NCBI RefSeq assembly: GCF_009914755.1
Contig: NC_060948.1
Source: the human T2T-CHM13v2.0 reference genome, Homo sapiens
Strand: one strand, 5' to 3'
Length of the DNA: 64,000 bases
A program made the translations under genes and the position numbers. Of this stretch, positions 38,453 to 57,802 are shown piece after piece. Position 1 is the first letter of the stretch, and the number at the start of each line of letters is the position of its first letter. Below the pieces are notes generated by a model. That model did not search any database, was not told the origin of the DNA, and worked only from the letters and a program-made list of their open reading frames with translations.

Positions 38453-40580
38453 AGATCCATATTTTTTAAAAGAAAAAAAATTTCAAAGGTACTCTGCTTG
38501 GCACAATAATCAAATGTATAAACTGAGGAATAAAACATAACCATGAAACCTACTTATAACTGTATACGGAAAATACAGAGGATAATTTTTTAAATAACAT
38601 ATTTTGAAAGCCTTAACTAGTAATTTGAAGAGTTGGCATTTGAAAGGCCAGTATGAATATACCTTCAAAGCAGCAACACAGGTTCCCCATGAGAAAAAGC
38701 AAACTCAGGGAAAATAAAACCACAAAGGTTCAATCTCTTCTGACCTTTGAAAGACACAGCACAGACAGTGGTCCTTAGGACGAAGAGCAGGAGACCCCTA
38801 ATTCCGTCACCATGGCGATAGGGCATAAACATTGCTGGGTGAGGGCACAATCCACATTGTGAGGTCCAACTGCTGCCAGGAAGACAGGAGTGCTTTTACA
38901 TAGACCGAAAGGTCATTGAAGGCTCAGAGTTTTGTTTCAAGAACTGAATCCCAAGCCCACACGTTATTAGGCTGCGCTTCTTAAAACAAGTTATGAGATG
39001 GGAAAAAGGGCACCCACAAACATACGTATACATTATGTATATAATAATATACAGTATCATATATGTAATATATATAACCTATGTATAATATTGTTTTACA
39101 TCCTGCATCTTATAATATATATATTGTATAAAATATAATAATTGATAATATATAAGTTTTATATTTATACAATATGACATATAGTATATATTATAATTTA
39201 TGACATATATAATATATGTTATATATCATATATAGAATATATTATACGGTTAATATACGTATTAAATATAAATTATACTTTATGTATATTATATATAATA
39301 TATCTGTTATATAAAATACCCATTATGCATAATATATATGTTATGTCTATGTTATATATAGTATAAAACAACATATAATAATATATAATTGTATATATAA
39401 AATGCGACATATAATATATATTATATTTTGTGACATATGTAAAATATATTATATATTATATATAATACGTTGTATGTATAATACCTATATTAAATATATA
39501 TTATATGACTATGTTATTAATTACATGTCACATATGTTATATATTATATATTTTACATAGAATATACCGGTTACATACAATATATACTATGTTACCTATA
39601 ATGTATAATTGATTACATGTAAAATAAAGAATGCAATATATTATGTATAATTTATAATATACAATATGTGGAATGTGATATATATAACATATAATGTATG
39701 ATATAAGATATACAGTATATGATATATAACATACAATATATGATACCTAATATATATGGTATACAATATATATTTTATGATATGTATTCTATATGTTTTA
39801 TATTCTGTTATATATAACTATTTGAAATTATATATAACTGTATAATATTTTATGTAAATATGTAATATAATATTTATAACCATATAATATATTATATATA
39901 ACTATATATTATGTTATATATACTTTTATAACATAATTTACATAAAATATCATAATATAATATATATTATATTATTTCATATTACATAATATATATTACA
40001 TATCACCCAATATAATTAACATACATAATATTATAATATAGATTATATTATGTTATATTAAATATCATATATATCATGTATCATATATTCTATAATATAT
40101 ATTATACATTATATAATATGTATGTTGTCTATTATGTGATATATATAACTATATATATAATTATATTATTATACATATAACTAGATAAACATGTAATTCG
40201 ACATATTTTCATTTATAATATATAGAATTATATAATCATATATAATTATTTATATTCTATAAAAAATTATATCATTATATAAATTATACTATATAAAAAT
40301 TATAACATGTACTACAAATATATATATTATATATCATATATGATATAGCACCTTTGTTATATATCATAATACATACAAATGTGTATTATGTTATCTATAA
40401 TTGTAAAATTTCATATATAAGATGTATAATGTGTATTATATATTATATATGTTATGTAATATATGTAGTATATATAAGATGACACAGGATAAATATTATA
40501 TACTATGACATATAAAATATATGAGGTTATATGTTACGTATAAGGCATAGCACATAACACGTAATATATATCATATATAA

Positions 40581-40872
<292 letters not shown>

Positions 40873-43000
40873 AGATCCATATTTTTTAAAAGAAAAAAAA
40901 TTTCAAAGGTACTCTGCTTGGTACAATAATCAAATGTATAAACTGAGGAATAAAACATAACCATGAAACCTACTTATAACTGTATACGGAAAATACAGAG
41001 GATAATTTTTTAAATAACATATTTTGAAAGCCTTAACTAGTAATTTGAAGAGTTGGCATTTGAAAGGCCAGTATGAATATACCTTCAAAGCAGCAACACA
41101 GGTTCCCCATGAGAAAAAGCAAACTCAGGGAAAATAAAACCACAAAGGTTCAATCTCTTCTGACCTTTGAAAGACACAGCACAGACAGTGGTCCTTAGGA
41201 CGAAGAGCAGGAGACCCCTAATTCCGTCACCATGGCGATAGGGCATAAACATTGCTGGGTGAGGGCACAATCCACATTGTGAGGTCCAACTGCTGCCAGG
41301 AAGACAGGAGTGCTTTTACATAGACCGAAAGGTCATTGAAGGCTCAGAGTTTTGTTTCAAGAACTGAATCCCAAGCCCACACGTTATTAGGCTGCGCTTC
41401 TTAAAACAAGTTATGAGATGGGAAAAAGGGCACCCACAAACATACGTATACATTATGTATATAATAATATACAGTATCATATATATAATATATATAACCT
41501 ATGTATAATATTGTTTTACATCCTGCATCTTATAATATATATATTGTATAAAATATAATAATTGATAATATATAAGTTTTATATTTATACAATATGACAT
41601 ATAGTATATATTATAATTTATGACATATATAATATATGTTATATATCATATATAGAATATATTATACGGTTAATATACGTATTAAATATAAATTATACTT
41701 TATATATATTATATATAATATATCTGTTATATAAAATACCCATTATGCATAATATATATGTTATGTCTATGTTATATATAGTATAAAACAACATATAATA
41801 ATATATAATTGTATATATAAAATGCGACATATAATATATATTATATTTTGTGACATATGTAATATATATTATATATTATATATAATACGTTGTATGTATA
41901 ATACCTATATTAAATATATATTATATGACTATGTTATTAATTACATGTCACATATGTTATATATTATATATTTTACATAGAATATACCGGTTACATACAA
42001 TATATACTATGTTACCTATAATGTATAATTTATTACATGTAAAATAAAGAATGCAATATATTATGTATAATTTATAATATACAATATGTGGAATGTGATA
42101 TATATAACATATAATGTATGATATAAGATATACAGTATATGATATATAACATACAATATATGATACCTAATATATATGGTATACAATTTATATTTTATGA
42201 TATGTATTCTATATGTTTTATATTCTGTTATATATAACTATTTGAAATTATATATAACTGTATAATATTTTATGTAAATATGTAATATAATATTTATAAC
42301 CATATAATATATTATATATAACTATATATTATGTTATATATACTTTTATAACATAATTTACATAAAATATCATAATATAATATATATTATATTATTTCAT
42401 ATTACATAATATATATTACATATCACCCAATATAATTAACATACATAATATTATAATATAGATTATATTATGTTATATTAAATATCATATATATCATGTA
42501 TCATATATTCTATAACATATATTATACATTATATAATATGTATGTTGTCTATTATGTGATATATATAACTATATATATAATTATATTATTATACATATAA
42601 CTAGATAAACATGTAATTCGACATATTTTCATTTATAATATATAGAATTATATAATCATATATAATTATTTATATTCTATAAAAAATTATATCATTATAA
42701 AAATTATAATATATAAAAATTATAACATGTACTACAAATATATATATTATATATCATATATGATATAGCACCTTTGTTATATATCATAATACATACAAAT
42801 GTGTATTATGTTATCTATAATTGTAAAATTTCATATATAAGATGTATAATGTGTATTATATATTATATATGTTATGTAATATATGTAGTATATATAAGAT
42901 GACACAGGATAAATATTATATACTATGACATATAAAATATATGAGGTTATATGTTACGTATAAGGCATAGCACATAACACGTAATATATATCATATATAA

Positions 43001-43292
<292 letters not shown>

Positions 43293-45404
43293 AGATCCAT
43301 ATTTTTTAAAAGAAAAAAAATTTCAAAGGTACTCTGCTTGGTACAATAATCAAATGTATAAACTGAGGAATAAAACATAACCATGAAACCTACTTATAAC
43401 TGTATACGGAAAATACAGAGGATAATTTTTTAAATAACATATTTTGAAAGCCTTAACTAGTAATTTGAAGAGTTGGCATTTGAAAGGCCAGTATGAATAT
43501 ACCTTCAAAGCAGCAACACAGGTTCCCCATGAGAAAAAGCAAACTCAGGGAAAATAAAACCACAAAGGTTCCATCTCTTCTGACCTTTGAAAGACACAGC
43601 ACAGACAGTGGTCCTTAGGACGAAGAGCAGGAGACCCCTAATTCCGTCACCATGGCGATAGGGCATAAACATTGCTGGGTGAGGGCACAATCCACATTGT
43701 GAGGTCCAACTGCTGCCAGGAAGACAGGAGTGCTTTTACATAGACCGAAAGGTCATTGAAGGCTCAGAGTTTTGTTTCAAGAACTGAATCCCAAGCCCAC
43801 ACGTTATTAGGCTGCGCTTCTTAAAACAAGTTATGAGATGGGAAAAAGGGCACCCACAAACATACGTATACATTATGTATATAATAATATACAGTATCAT
43901 ATATATAATATATATAACCTATGTATAATATTGTTTTACATCCTGCATCTTATAATATATATATTGTATAAAATATAATAATTGATAATATATAAGTTTT
44001 ATATTTATACAATATGACATATAGTATATATTATAATTTATGACATATATAATATATGTTATATATCATATATAGAATATATTATACGGTTAATATACGT
44101 ATTAAATATAAATTATACTTTATGTATATTATATATAATATATCTGTTATATAAAATACCCATTATGCATAATATATATGTTATGTCTATGTTATATATA
44201 GTATAAAACAACATATAATAATATATAATTGTATATATAAAATGCGACATATAATATATATTATATTTTGTGACATATGTAAAATATATTATATATTATA
44301 TATAATACGTTGTATGTATAATACCTATATTAAATATATATTATATGACTATGTTATTAATTACATGTCACATATGTTATATATTATATATTTTACATAG
44401 AATATACCGGTTACATACAATATATACTATGTTACCTATAATGTATAATTGATTACATGTAAAATAAAGAATGCAATATATTATGTATAATTTATAATAT
44501 ACAATATGTGGAATGTGATATATATAACATATAATGTATGATATAAGATATACAGTATATGATATATAACATACAATATATGATACCTAATATATATGGT
44601 ATACAATATATATTTTATGATATGTATTCTATATGTTTTATATTCTGTTATATATAACTATTTGAAATTATATATAACTGTATAATATTTTATGTAAATA
44701 TGTAATATAATATTTATAACCATATAATATATTATATATAACTATATATTATGTTATATATACTTTTATAACATAATTTACATAAAATATCATAATATAA
44801 TATATATTATATTATTTCATATTACATAATATATATTACATATCACCCAATATAATTAACATACATAATATTATAATATAGATTATATTATGTTATATTA
44901 AATATCATATATATCATGTATCATATATTCTATAATATATATTATACATTATATAATATGTATGTTGTCTATTATGTGATATATATAACTATATATATAA
45001 TTATATTATTATACATATAACTAGATAAACATGTAATTCGACATATTTTCATTTATAATATATAGAATTATATAATCATATATAATTATTTATATTCTAT
45101 AAAAAATTATATCATTATATAAATTATAATATATAAAAATTATAACATGTACTACAAATATATATATTATATATCATATATGATATAGCACCTTTGTTAT
45201 ATATCATAATACATACAAATGTGTATTATGTTATCTATAATTGTAAAATTTCATATATAAGATGTATAATGTGTATTATATATTATATATGTTATGTAAT
45301 ATATGTAGTATATATAAGATGACACAGGATAAATATTATATACTATGACATATAAAATATATGAGGTTATGTGTTACATATAAGGCATAGCACATAACAC
45401 GTAA

Positions 45405-45711
<307 letters not shown>

Positions 45712-47839
45712 AGATCCATATTTTTTAAAAGAAAAAAAATTTCAAAGGTACTCTGCTTGGTACAATAATCAAATGTATAAACTGAGGAATAAAACATAAC
45801 CATGAAACCTACTTATAACTGTATACGGAAAATACAGAGGATAATTTTTTAAATAACATATTTTGAAAGCCTTAACTAGTAATTTGAAGAGTTGGCATTT
45901 GAAAGGCCAGTATGAATATACCTTCAAAGCAGCAACACAGGTTCCCCATGAGAAAAAGCAAACTCAGGGAAAATAAAACCACAAAGGTTCCATCTCTTCT
46001 GACCTTTGAAAGACACAGCACAGACAGTGGTCCTTAGGACGAAGAGCAGGAGACCCCTAATTCCGTCACCATGGCGATAGGGCATAAACATTGCTGGGTG
46101 AGGGCACAATCCACATTGTGAGGTCCAACTGCTGCCAGGAAGACAGGAGTGCTTTTACATAGACCGAAAGGTCATTGAAGGCTCAGAGTTTTGTTTCAAG
46201 AACTGAATCCCAAGCCCACACGTTATTAGGCTGCGCTTCTTAAAACAAGTTATGAGATGGGAAAAAGGGCACCCACAAACATACGTATACATTATGTATA
46301 TAATAATATACAGTATCATATATATAATATATATAACCTATGTATAATATTGTTTTACATCCTGCATCTTATAATATATATATTGTATAAAATATAATAA
46401 TTGATAATATATAAGTTTTATATTTATACAATATGACATATAGTATATATTATAATTTATGACATATATAATATATGTTATATATCATATATAGAATATA
46501 TTATACGGTTAATATACGTATTAAATATAAATTATACTTTATATATATTATATATAATATATCTGTTATATAAAATACCCATTATGCATAATATATATGT
46601 TATGTCTATGTTATATATAGTATAAAACAACATATAATAATATATAATTGTATATATAAAATGCGACATATAATATATATTATATTTTGTGACATATGTA
46701 ATATATATTATATATTATATATAATACGTTGTATGTATAATACCTATATTAAATATATATTATATGACTATGTTATTAATTACATGTCACATATGTTATA
46801 TATTATATATTTTACATAGAATATACCGGTTACATACAATATATACTATGTTACCTATAATGTATAATTTATTACATGTAAAATAAAGAATGCAATATAT
46901 TATGTATAATTTATAATATACAATATGTGGAATGTGATATATATAACATATAATGTATGATATAAGATATACAGTATATGATATATAACATACAATATAT
47001 GATACCTAATATATATGGTATACAATATATATTTTATGATATGTATTCTATATGTTTTATATTCTGTTATATATAACTATTTGAAATTATATATAACTGT
47101 ATAATATTTTATGTAAATATGTAATATAATATATATAACCATATAATATATTATATATAACTATATATTATGTTATATATACTTTTATAACATAATTTAC
47201 ATAAAATATCATAATATAATATATATTATATTATTTCATATTACATAATATATATTACATATCACCCAATATAATTAACATACATAATATTATAATATAG
47301 ATTATATTATGTTATATTAAATATCATATATATCATGTATCATATATTCTATAATATATATTATACATTATATAATATGTATGTTGTCTATTATGTAATA
47401 TATATAACTATATATATAATTATATTATTATACATATAAGTAGATAAACATGTAATTCTACATATTTTCATTTATAATATATAGAATTATATAATCATAT
47501 ATAATTATTTATATTCTATAAAAAATTATATCATTATATAAATTATAATATATAAAAATTATAACATGTACTACAAATATATATATTATATATCATATAT
47601 GATATAGCACCTTTGTTGTATATCATAATACATATAAATGTGTATTATGTTATCTATAATTATAAAATTTCATATATAAGATGTATAATGTGTATTATAT
47701 ATTATATATGTTATGTAATATATGTAGTATATATAAGATGACACAGGATAAATATTATATACTATGACATATAAAATATATGAGGTTATATGTTACATAT
47801 AAAGCATAGCACATAACACGTAATATATATCATATATAA

Positions 47840-48130
47840 TTTTTTTTAGACAGAGTCTTGTCCTGTTGCACAGGGTGGAGTAAAATGACGCCATGTTTGC
47901 TCACTGCAACATCTGCATCACGGGTCCAAGCGATTGTCCTCCCTCAGCCTCCCAGGTAGCTGGGACTACACCACACTGGGTCTACACCAGCTGCCACCAT
48001 ACCTAGCTAATTTTTTGGGATTTTATTAATGACAGCGTTTCACTGTATTGGCCAGGATGGTCTTGATCTCTTCACCTTGTGATCCCCTTGCCTTGGCCTC
48101 CAAATTTGCTGGGATTACAGGCCTGAGCCA
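47840..48130 (-). mobile_element. Alu in DYZ2 unit (T8 tail variant)
   Basis: Copy of 1857-2148, one T shorter. Confidence 0.93.
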
Positions 48131-50234
48131 AGATCCATATTTTTTAAAAGAAAAAAAATTTCAAAGGTACTCTGCTTGGTACAATAATCAAATGTATAAA
48201 CTGAGGAATAAAACATAACCATGAAACCTACTTATAACTGTATACGGAAAATACAGAGGATAATTTTTTAAATAACATATTTTGAAAGCCTTAACTAGTA
48301 ATTTGAAGAGTTGGCATTTGAAAGGCCAGTATGAATATACCTTCAAAGCAGCAACACAGGTTCCCCATGAGAAAAAGCAAACTCAGGGAAAATAAAACCA
48401 CAAAGGTTCCATCTCTTCTGACCTTTGAAAGACACAGCACAGACAGTGGTCCTTAGGACGAAGAGCAGGAGACCCCTAATTCCGTCACCATGGCGATAGG
48501 GCATAAACATTGCTGGGTGAGGGCACAATCCACATTGTGAGGTCCAACTGCTGCCAGGAAGACAGGAGTGCTTTTACATAGACCGAAAGGTCATTGAAGG
48601 CTCAGAGTTTTGTTTCAAGAACTGAATCCCAAGCCCACACGTTATTAGGCTGCGCTTCTTAAAACAAGTTATGAGATGGGAAAAAGGGCACCCACAAACA
48701 TACGTATACATTATGTATATAATAATATACAGTATCATATATATAATATATATAACCTATGTATAATATTGTTTTACATCCTGCATCTTATGTTATATAT
48801 ATTGTATAAAATATAATAATTGATAATATATAAGTTTTATAATTATACAATATGACATATAGTATATATTATAATTTATGACATATATAATATATGTTAT
48901 ATATCATATATAGAATATATTATACGGTTAATATACGTATTAAATATAAATTATACATTATATATATTATATATAATATATCTGTTATATATAATACCCA
49001 TTATGCATAATATATATGTTATGTCTATGTTATATATAGTATAAAACAACATATAATAATATATAATTGTATATATAAAATGCGACATATAATATATATT
49101 ATATTTTATAACATATGTAATATATATTATATATTATATATAATACGTTGTATGTATAATACCTATATTAAATATATATTATATGACTATGTTATTAATT
49201 ACATGTCACATGTGTTATATATTATATATTTTACATAGAATATACCGGTTACATACAATATATACTATGTTTCCTATAATGTATAATTTATTACATGTAA
49301 AATAAAGAATGCAATATATTATGTAAAATTTATAACATACAATATGTGGAATGTGATATATATAACATATAATATATGATATATGATATACAGTATATCA
49401 TATATAATATACAATATATAATTCCTAATATATATGGTATACAATATATATTTATGATATGTATTCTATATGTTTTATATTCTGTTATATATAACTATTT
49501 GAAATTACATATAACTGTATAATATTTTATGTAAATATGTAATATAATATATATAACTATATAATATATTATATATAACTATATATTATGTTATATATAC
49601 TTTTATAACATAATTTACATAAAATATCATAATATAATATATATTATATTATTTCATATTACATAATATATATTACATATCACCCAATATAACTAACATA
49701 CATAATATTATAATATAGATTATATTATGTTATATTAAATATCATATATATCATGTATCATATATTCTATAATATATATTACACATTATATAATATGTAT
49801 GTTGTCTATTATGTGATATATATAACTATATATATAATTATATATTTATACATATAACTAGATAAACATGTAATTCTACATATTTTCATTTATAATATGT
49901 AGAATTATATAATCATATATAATTATTTATATTCTATAAAAAATTTTATCATTATATAAATTATAATATATAAAAATTATAATATGTACTACAAATATAT
50001 ATATTATATATCATATATTATATAGTACCTTTGTTATATATCATAATACATATAAATGTGTATTATGTTATCTATAATTATATAATTTCATATATAAGAT
50101 GTATAATATGTATCATATATTATATATGTTATGTAATATATACAGTATATATAAGATGACACAGGATAAATATTATATACTATGACATATAAAATATATG
50201 AGGTTATATGTTACATATAAGGCATAGCACATAA

Positions 50235-50549
<315 letters not shown>

Positions 50550-52654
50550 AGATCCATATTTTTTAAATGAAAAAAAATTTCAAAGGTACTCTGCTTGGTA
50601 CAATAATCAAATGTATAAACTGAGGAATAAAACATAACCATGAAACCTACTTATAACTGCATATGGAAAATACAGAGGATAATTTTTTAAATAACATATT
50701 TTGAAAGCCTTAACTAGTAATTTGAAAAGTTGGCATTTGAAAGGCCAGTATGAATATACCTTCAAAGCAGCAACACAGGTTCCCCATGAGAATAAGCAAA
50801 CACAGGGGAAATAAAAACACAAAGGTTCAATCTCTTCTGACCTTTGAAAGACACAGCACAGACAGTGGTCCTTAGGACGAAGAGCAGGAGACCCCTAATT
50901 CCGTCACCATGGCGATAGGGCATAAACATTGCTGGGTGAGGGCACAATCCACATTGTGAGGTCCAACTGCTGCCAGGAATACAGGAGTGCTTTTACATAG
51001 ACCGAAAGGTCATTGAAGGCTCAGAGTTTTGTTTCAAGAACTGAATCCCAAGCCCACACGTTATTAGGCTGCGCTTCTTAAAACAAGTTATGAGATGGGA
51101 AAAAGGGCACCCACAAACATACGTATACATTATGTATATAATAATATACAGTATCATATATATAATATATATAACCTATGTATAATATTGTTTTACATCC
51201 TGCATCTTATGTTATATATATTGTATAAAATATAATAATTGATAATATATAAGTTTTATAATTATACAATAAGACATACAGTATATATTATAATTTATGA
51301 CATTTATAGTATATGTTATATATCATATATAGAATATATTATACGGTTAATATACGTATTAAATATAAATTATACATTATATATATTATATATAATATAT
51401 CTGTTATATATAATACCCATTATGCATAATATATATATTATGTCTATGTTATATATAGTATAAAACAACATATAATAATATATAATTGTATATATAAAAT
51501 GCCACATATAATATATATTATATTTTCTAACATATGTAATATATATTATATATTATATATAATACGTTGTATGTATAATACCTATATTAAATATATGTTA
51601 TATGACTATGTTATTAATTACATGTCACATGTGTTATATATTATATATTTTACATAGAATATACCGGTTACATACAATATATACTATGTTACGTATAATG
51701 TATAATTTATTACATGTAAAATAAAGAATGCAATATATTATGTATAATTTATAATATACAATATGTGGAATGTGATATATATAACATATAATATATGATA
51801 TATGATATACAGTATATGATATATAACATACAATATATGATTCCTAATATATATGGTATACAATATATATTTTATGATATGTATTCTATATGTTTTATAT
51901 TCTGTTATATATAACTATTTGAAATTATATATAACTGTATAATATTTTATGTAAATATGTAATATAATATATATAACTATATAATATATTATATATAACT
52001 ATATATTATGTTATATATTCTTTTATAACATAATTTACATAAAATATCATAATATAATATATATTATATTATTTCATATTACATAATATATATTACATAT
52101 CACCCAATATAACTATCATACATAATATTATAATATAGATTATATTATGTTATGTTAAATATCATATATATCATGTATCATATATTCTATAATATATATT
52201 ACACATTATATAATATGTATGTTGTCTATTATGTGATATATATAACTATATATATAATTATATTTTTATACATATAACTAGATAAACATGTAATTCTACA
52301 TATTTTCATTTATAATATGTAGAATTATATAATCATATATAATTATTTATATTCTATAAAAAATTTTATCATTATATAAATTATAATATATAAAAATTAT
52401 AATATGTACTACAAATATATATACTATATATCATATATGATATAGTACCTTTGTTATATATCATAATACATATAAATGTGTATTATGTTATCTATAATTA
52501 TATAATTTCATATATAAGATGTATAATATGTATCATATATTATATATGTTATGTAATATATATAGAATATATAAGATGACACAGGATAAATATTATATAC
52601 TATGACATATAAAATATATGAGGTTATATGTTACATATAAGGCATAGCACATAA

Positions 52655-52969
<315 letters not shown>

Positions 52970-55090
52970 AGATCCATATTTTTTAAATGAAAAAAAATTT
53001 CAAAGGTACTCTGCTTGGTACAATAATCAAATGCATAAACTCAGGAATAAAACATAACCATGAAACCTACTTATAACTGCATATGGAAAATACAGAGGAT
53101 AATTTTTTAAATAACATATTTTGAAAGCCTTAACTAGTAATTTGAAGAGTTGGCATTTGAAAGGCCAGTATGAATATACCTTCAAAGCAGCAACACAGGT
53201 TCCCCATGAGAAAAAGCAAACACAGGGAAAATAAAACCACAAAGGTTCAATCTCTTCTGACCTTTGAAAGACACAGCACAGACAGTGGTCCTTAGGACGA
53301 AGAGCAGGAGACCCCTAATTCCGTCACCATGGCGATAGGGCATAAACATTGCTGGGTGAGGGCACAATCCACATTGTGAGGTCCAACTGCTGCCAGGAAG
53401 ACAGGAGTGCTTTTACATAGACCGAAAGGTCATTGAAGGCTCAGAGTTTTGTTTCAAGAACTGAATCCCAAGCCCACACGTTATTAGGCTGCGCTTCTTA
53501 AAACAAGTTATGAGATGGGAAAAAGGGCACCCACAAACATACGTATACATTATGTATATAATAATATACAGTATCATATATATAATATATATAACCTATG
53601 TATAATATTGTTTTACATCCTGCATCTTATGTTATATATATTGTATAAAATATAATAATTGATAATATATAAGTTTTATAATTATACAATACGACATATA
53701 GTATATATTATAATTTATGACATATATAATATATGTTATATATCATATATAGAATATATTATACGGTTAATATACGTATTAAATATAAATTATACATTAT
53801 ATATATTATATATAATATATCTGTTATATATAATACCCATTATGCATAATATATATATTATGTCTATGTTATATATAGTATAAAACAACATATAATAATA
53901 TATAATTGTATATATAAAATGCGACATATAATATATATTATATTTTATAACATATGTAATATATATTATATATAATACGTTGTATGTATAATACCTATAT
54001 TAAATATATATTATATGACTATGTTATTAATTACATGTCACATGTGTTATATATTATATATTTTACATAGAATATACCGGTTATATACAATATATACTAT
54101 GTTACCTATAATGTATAATTTATTACATGTAAAATAAAGAATGCAATATATTATGTATAATTTATAATATACAATATGTGGAATGTGATATATATTACAT
54201 ATAATATATGATATATGATATACAGTATATGATATATAACATACAATATATGATACCTAGTATATATGGTATACAATATATATTTTATGATATGTATTCT
54301 ATATGTTATATATTCTGTTATATATAACTGTTTGAAATTATATATAACTGTATAATATTTTATGTAAATATGTAATATAATATATATAACTATATAATAT
54401 ATTATATATAACTATATATTATGTTATATATACTTTTATATCATAATTTACATAAAATGTCATAATATAATATATAATATATTATTTCATATTACATAAT
54501 ATATATTACATATCACCCAATATAAGTAACATACATAATATTATAATATAGATTATATTATGTTATGTTAAATATCATATATATCATGTATCATATATTC
54601 TATAATATATATTATATATTATATAATATGTATGTTGTCTATTATGTGATATATATAAGTATATATAATTATAATATTATACATATAACTAGATAAACAT
54701 GTAATTCTACATATTTTCATTTATAATATATAGAATTATATAATCATATATAATTATTTATATTCTATAAAAAATTATATCATTATATAAATTATAATAT
54801 ATAAAAATTATAATATGTACTACAAATATATATATATTATATATCATATATGATATAGTACCTTTGTTATATATCATAATACATATAAATGTGTATTATG
54901 TTATCTATAATTATATAATTTCATATATAAGATGTATAATATGTATCATATATTATATATGTTATGTAATATATATAGTATATATAAGCTGACACAGGAT
55001 AAATATTATATACTATGACATATAAAATATATGAGTTTATATGTTACATAGAAGGCATAGCACATAACATGTAATATATATCATATATAA

Positions 55091-55382
55091 TTTTTTTTTA
55101 GACAGAGTCTTGTCCTGTTGCACAGGGTGGAGTACAAAGGCGCCATCATTACTCACTGCAACATCTGCCTCACGGGTGCAAGCGATTGTCCTCCCTCAGC
55201 CTCCCAGGTAGCTGGGACTACACCACACTGGGACTACACCAGCTGCCACCATGCCTAGCTAATTTTTTGGATTTTTAGTAGTGACAGCGTTTCACTGTAT
55301 TGGCCAGGATGGTCTTGATCTCTTCACCTTGTGATCCCCTTGCCTTGGCCTCCAAATTTGCTGGGATTACAGGCCTGAGCCA
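55091..55382 (-). mobile_element. Alu in DYZ2 unit
   Basis: Closest copy of 1857-2148 (shares caaaggcgcc, ggtgcaagc). Confidence 0.93.
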
Positions 55383-57487
55383 AGATCCATATTTTTTAAA
55401 TGAAAAAAAATTTCAAAGGTACTCTGCTTGGTACAATAATCAAATGTATAAACTGAGGAATAAAACATAACCATGAAACCTACTTATAACTGCATATGGA
55501 AAATACAGAGGATAATTTTTTAAATAACATATTTTGAAAGCCTTAACTAGTAATTTGAAGAGTTGGCATTTGAAAGGCCAGTATGAATATACCTTCAAAG
55601 CAGCAACACAGGTTCCCCATGAGAAAAAGCAAAGACAGGGAAAATAAAACCACAAACGTTCAATCTCTTCTGACCTTTGAAAGACACAGCACAGACAGTG
55701 GTCCTTAGGACGAAGAGCAGGAGACCCCTAATTCCGTCACCATGGCGATAGGGCATAAACATTGCTGGGTGAGGGCACAATCCACATTGTGAGGTCCAAC
55801 TGCTGCCAGGAAGACAGGAGTGCTTTTACATAGACCGAAAGGTCATTGAAGGCTCAGAGTTTTGTTTCAAGAACTGAATCCCAAGCCCACACGTTATTAG
55901 GCTGCGCTTCCTAAAACAAGTTATGAGATGGGAAAAAGGGCACCCACAAACATACGTATACATTATGTATATAATAATATACAGTATCATATATATAATA
56001 TATATAACCTATGTATAATATTGTTTTACATCCTGCATCTTATATTATATATATTGTATAAAATATAATAATTGATAACATATAAGTTTTATATTTATAC
56101 AAAATGACATATAGTATATATTATAATTTATGACATATATAATATGTGTTATATAACATATATAGAATATATTATACGGTTAATATACGTATTAAATATA
56201 AATTATACATTATATATATTATATATAATATATCTGTTATATATAATACCCATTATGAATAATATATATATTATGTGTATGTTATATATAGTATAAAACA
56301 ACACATAATAATATATAATTGTATATATAAAATGCGACATATAATATATATTATATTTTATGACATATGTAGTATATATTATATATTATATATAATACCT
56401 TGTATGTATAATACCTATATTAAATATATATTATATGACTATGTAATTAATTACATGTCACATATGATATATATTATATATTTTACATAGAATATACCGG
56501 TTACATACAATATATACTATGTTACCTATAATGTATAATTTATTACATGTAAAATAAAGAATGCAATATATTATGTAAAATTTATAATATAAAATATGTG
56601 GAATGTGATATATATAACACATAATATATGATATATGATATACAGAATATGATATATAACATACAATATATGATACCTAATATATATGGTATACATTATA
56701 TATTTTATGATATGTATTCTATATGTTTTATATTCTGTTATATATAACTATTTGAAATTATATATAACTGTATAATATTTTATGTAAATATGTAATATAA
56801 TATATATAACTATATAATATATTATATATAACTATATATTATGTTATATATACTTTTATAACATAATTTACATAAAATATCATAATATAATATATATTAT
56901 ATTATTTCATATTACATAATATATATTACATATCACCCAATATAAGTAACATACATAATATTAAATTATATATTATATTACGTTATATTAAATATCATAT
57001 ATATCATGTATCATATAGTATATAATATATATTCTACATTATATAATATGTATGTTGTCTATTACGTGATATCTATAACTGTATATATAATTACATTATT
57101 ATACATATAACTAGATAAACATGTAATTCTACATATTTTCATTTATAATATATAGAATTATATAATCATATATAATTATTTATATTCTATAAAAAATTAT
57201 ATCATTATATAAATTATAATATATAAAAATTATAACATGTACTACAAATATATATATTATATATCATATATGATATAGTACCTTTGTTATATATCATAAT
57301 ACATATAAATGTGTATTATGTTATCTATAATTATATAATTTCATATATAAGATGTATAATATGTATTATATATTATATATGTTATGTAATATATATAGTA
57401 TATATAAGATGACACAGGATAAATATTATATACTATGACATATAAAATATATGAGGTTATATGTTACATATAAGGCATAGCACATAA

Positions 57488-57802
<315 letters not shown>
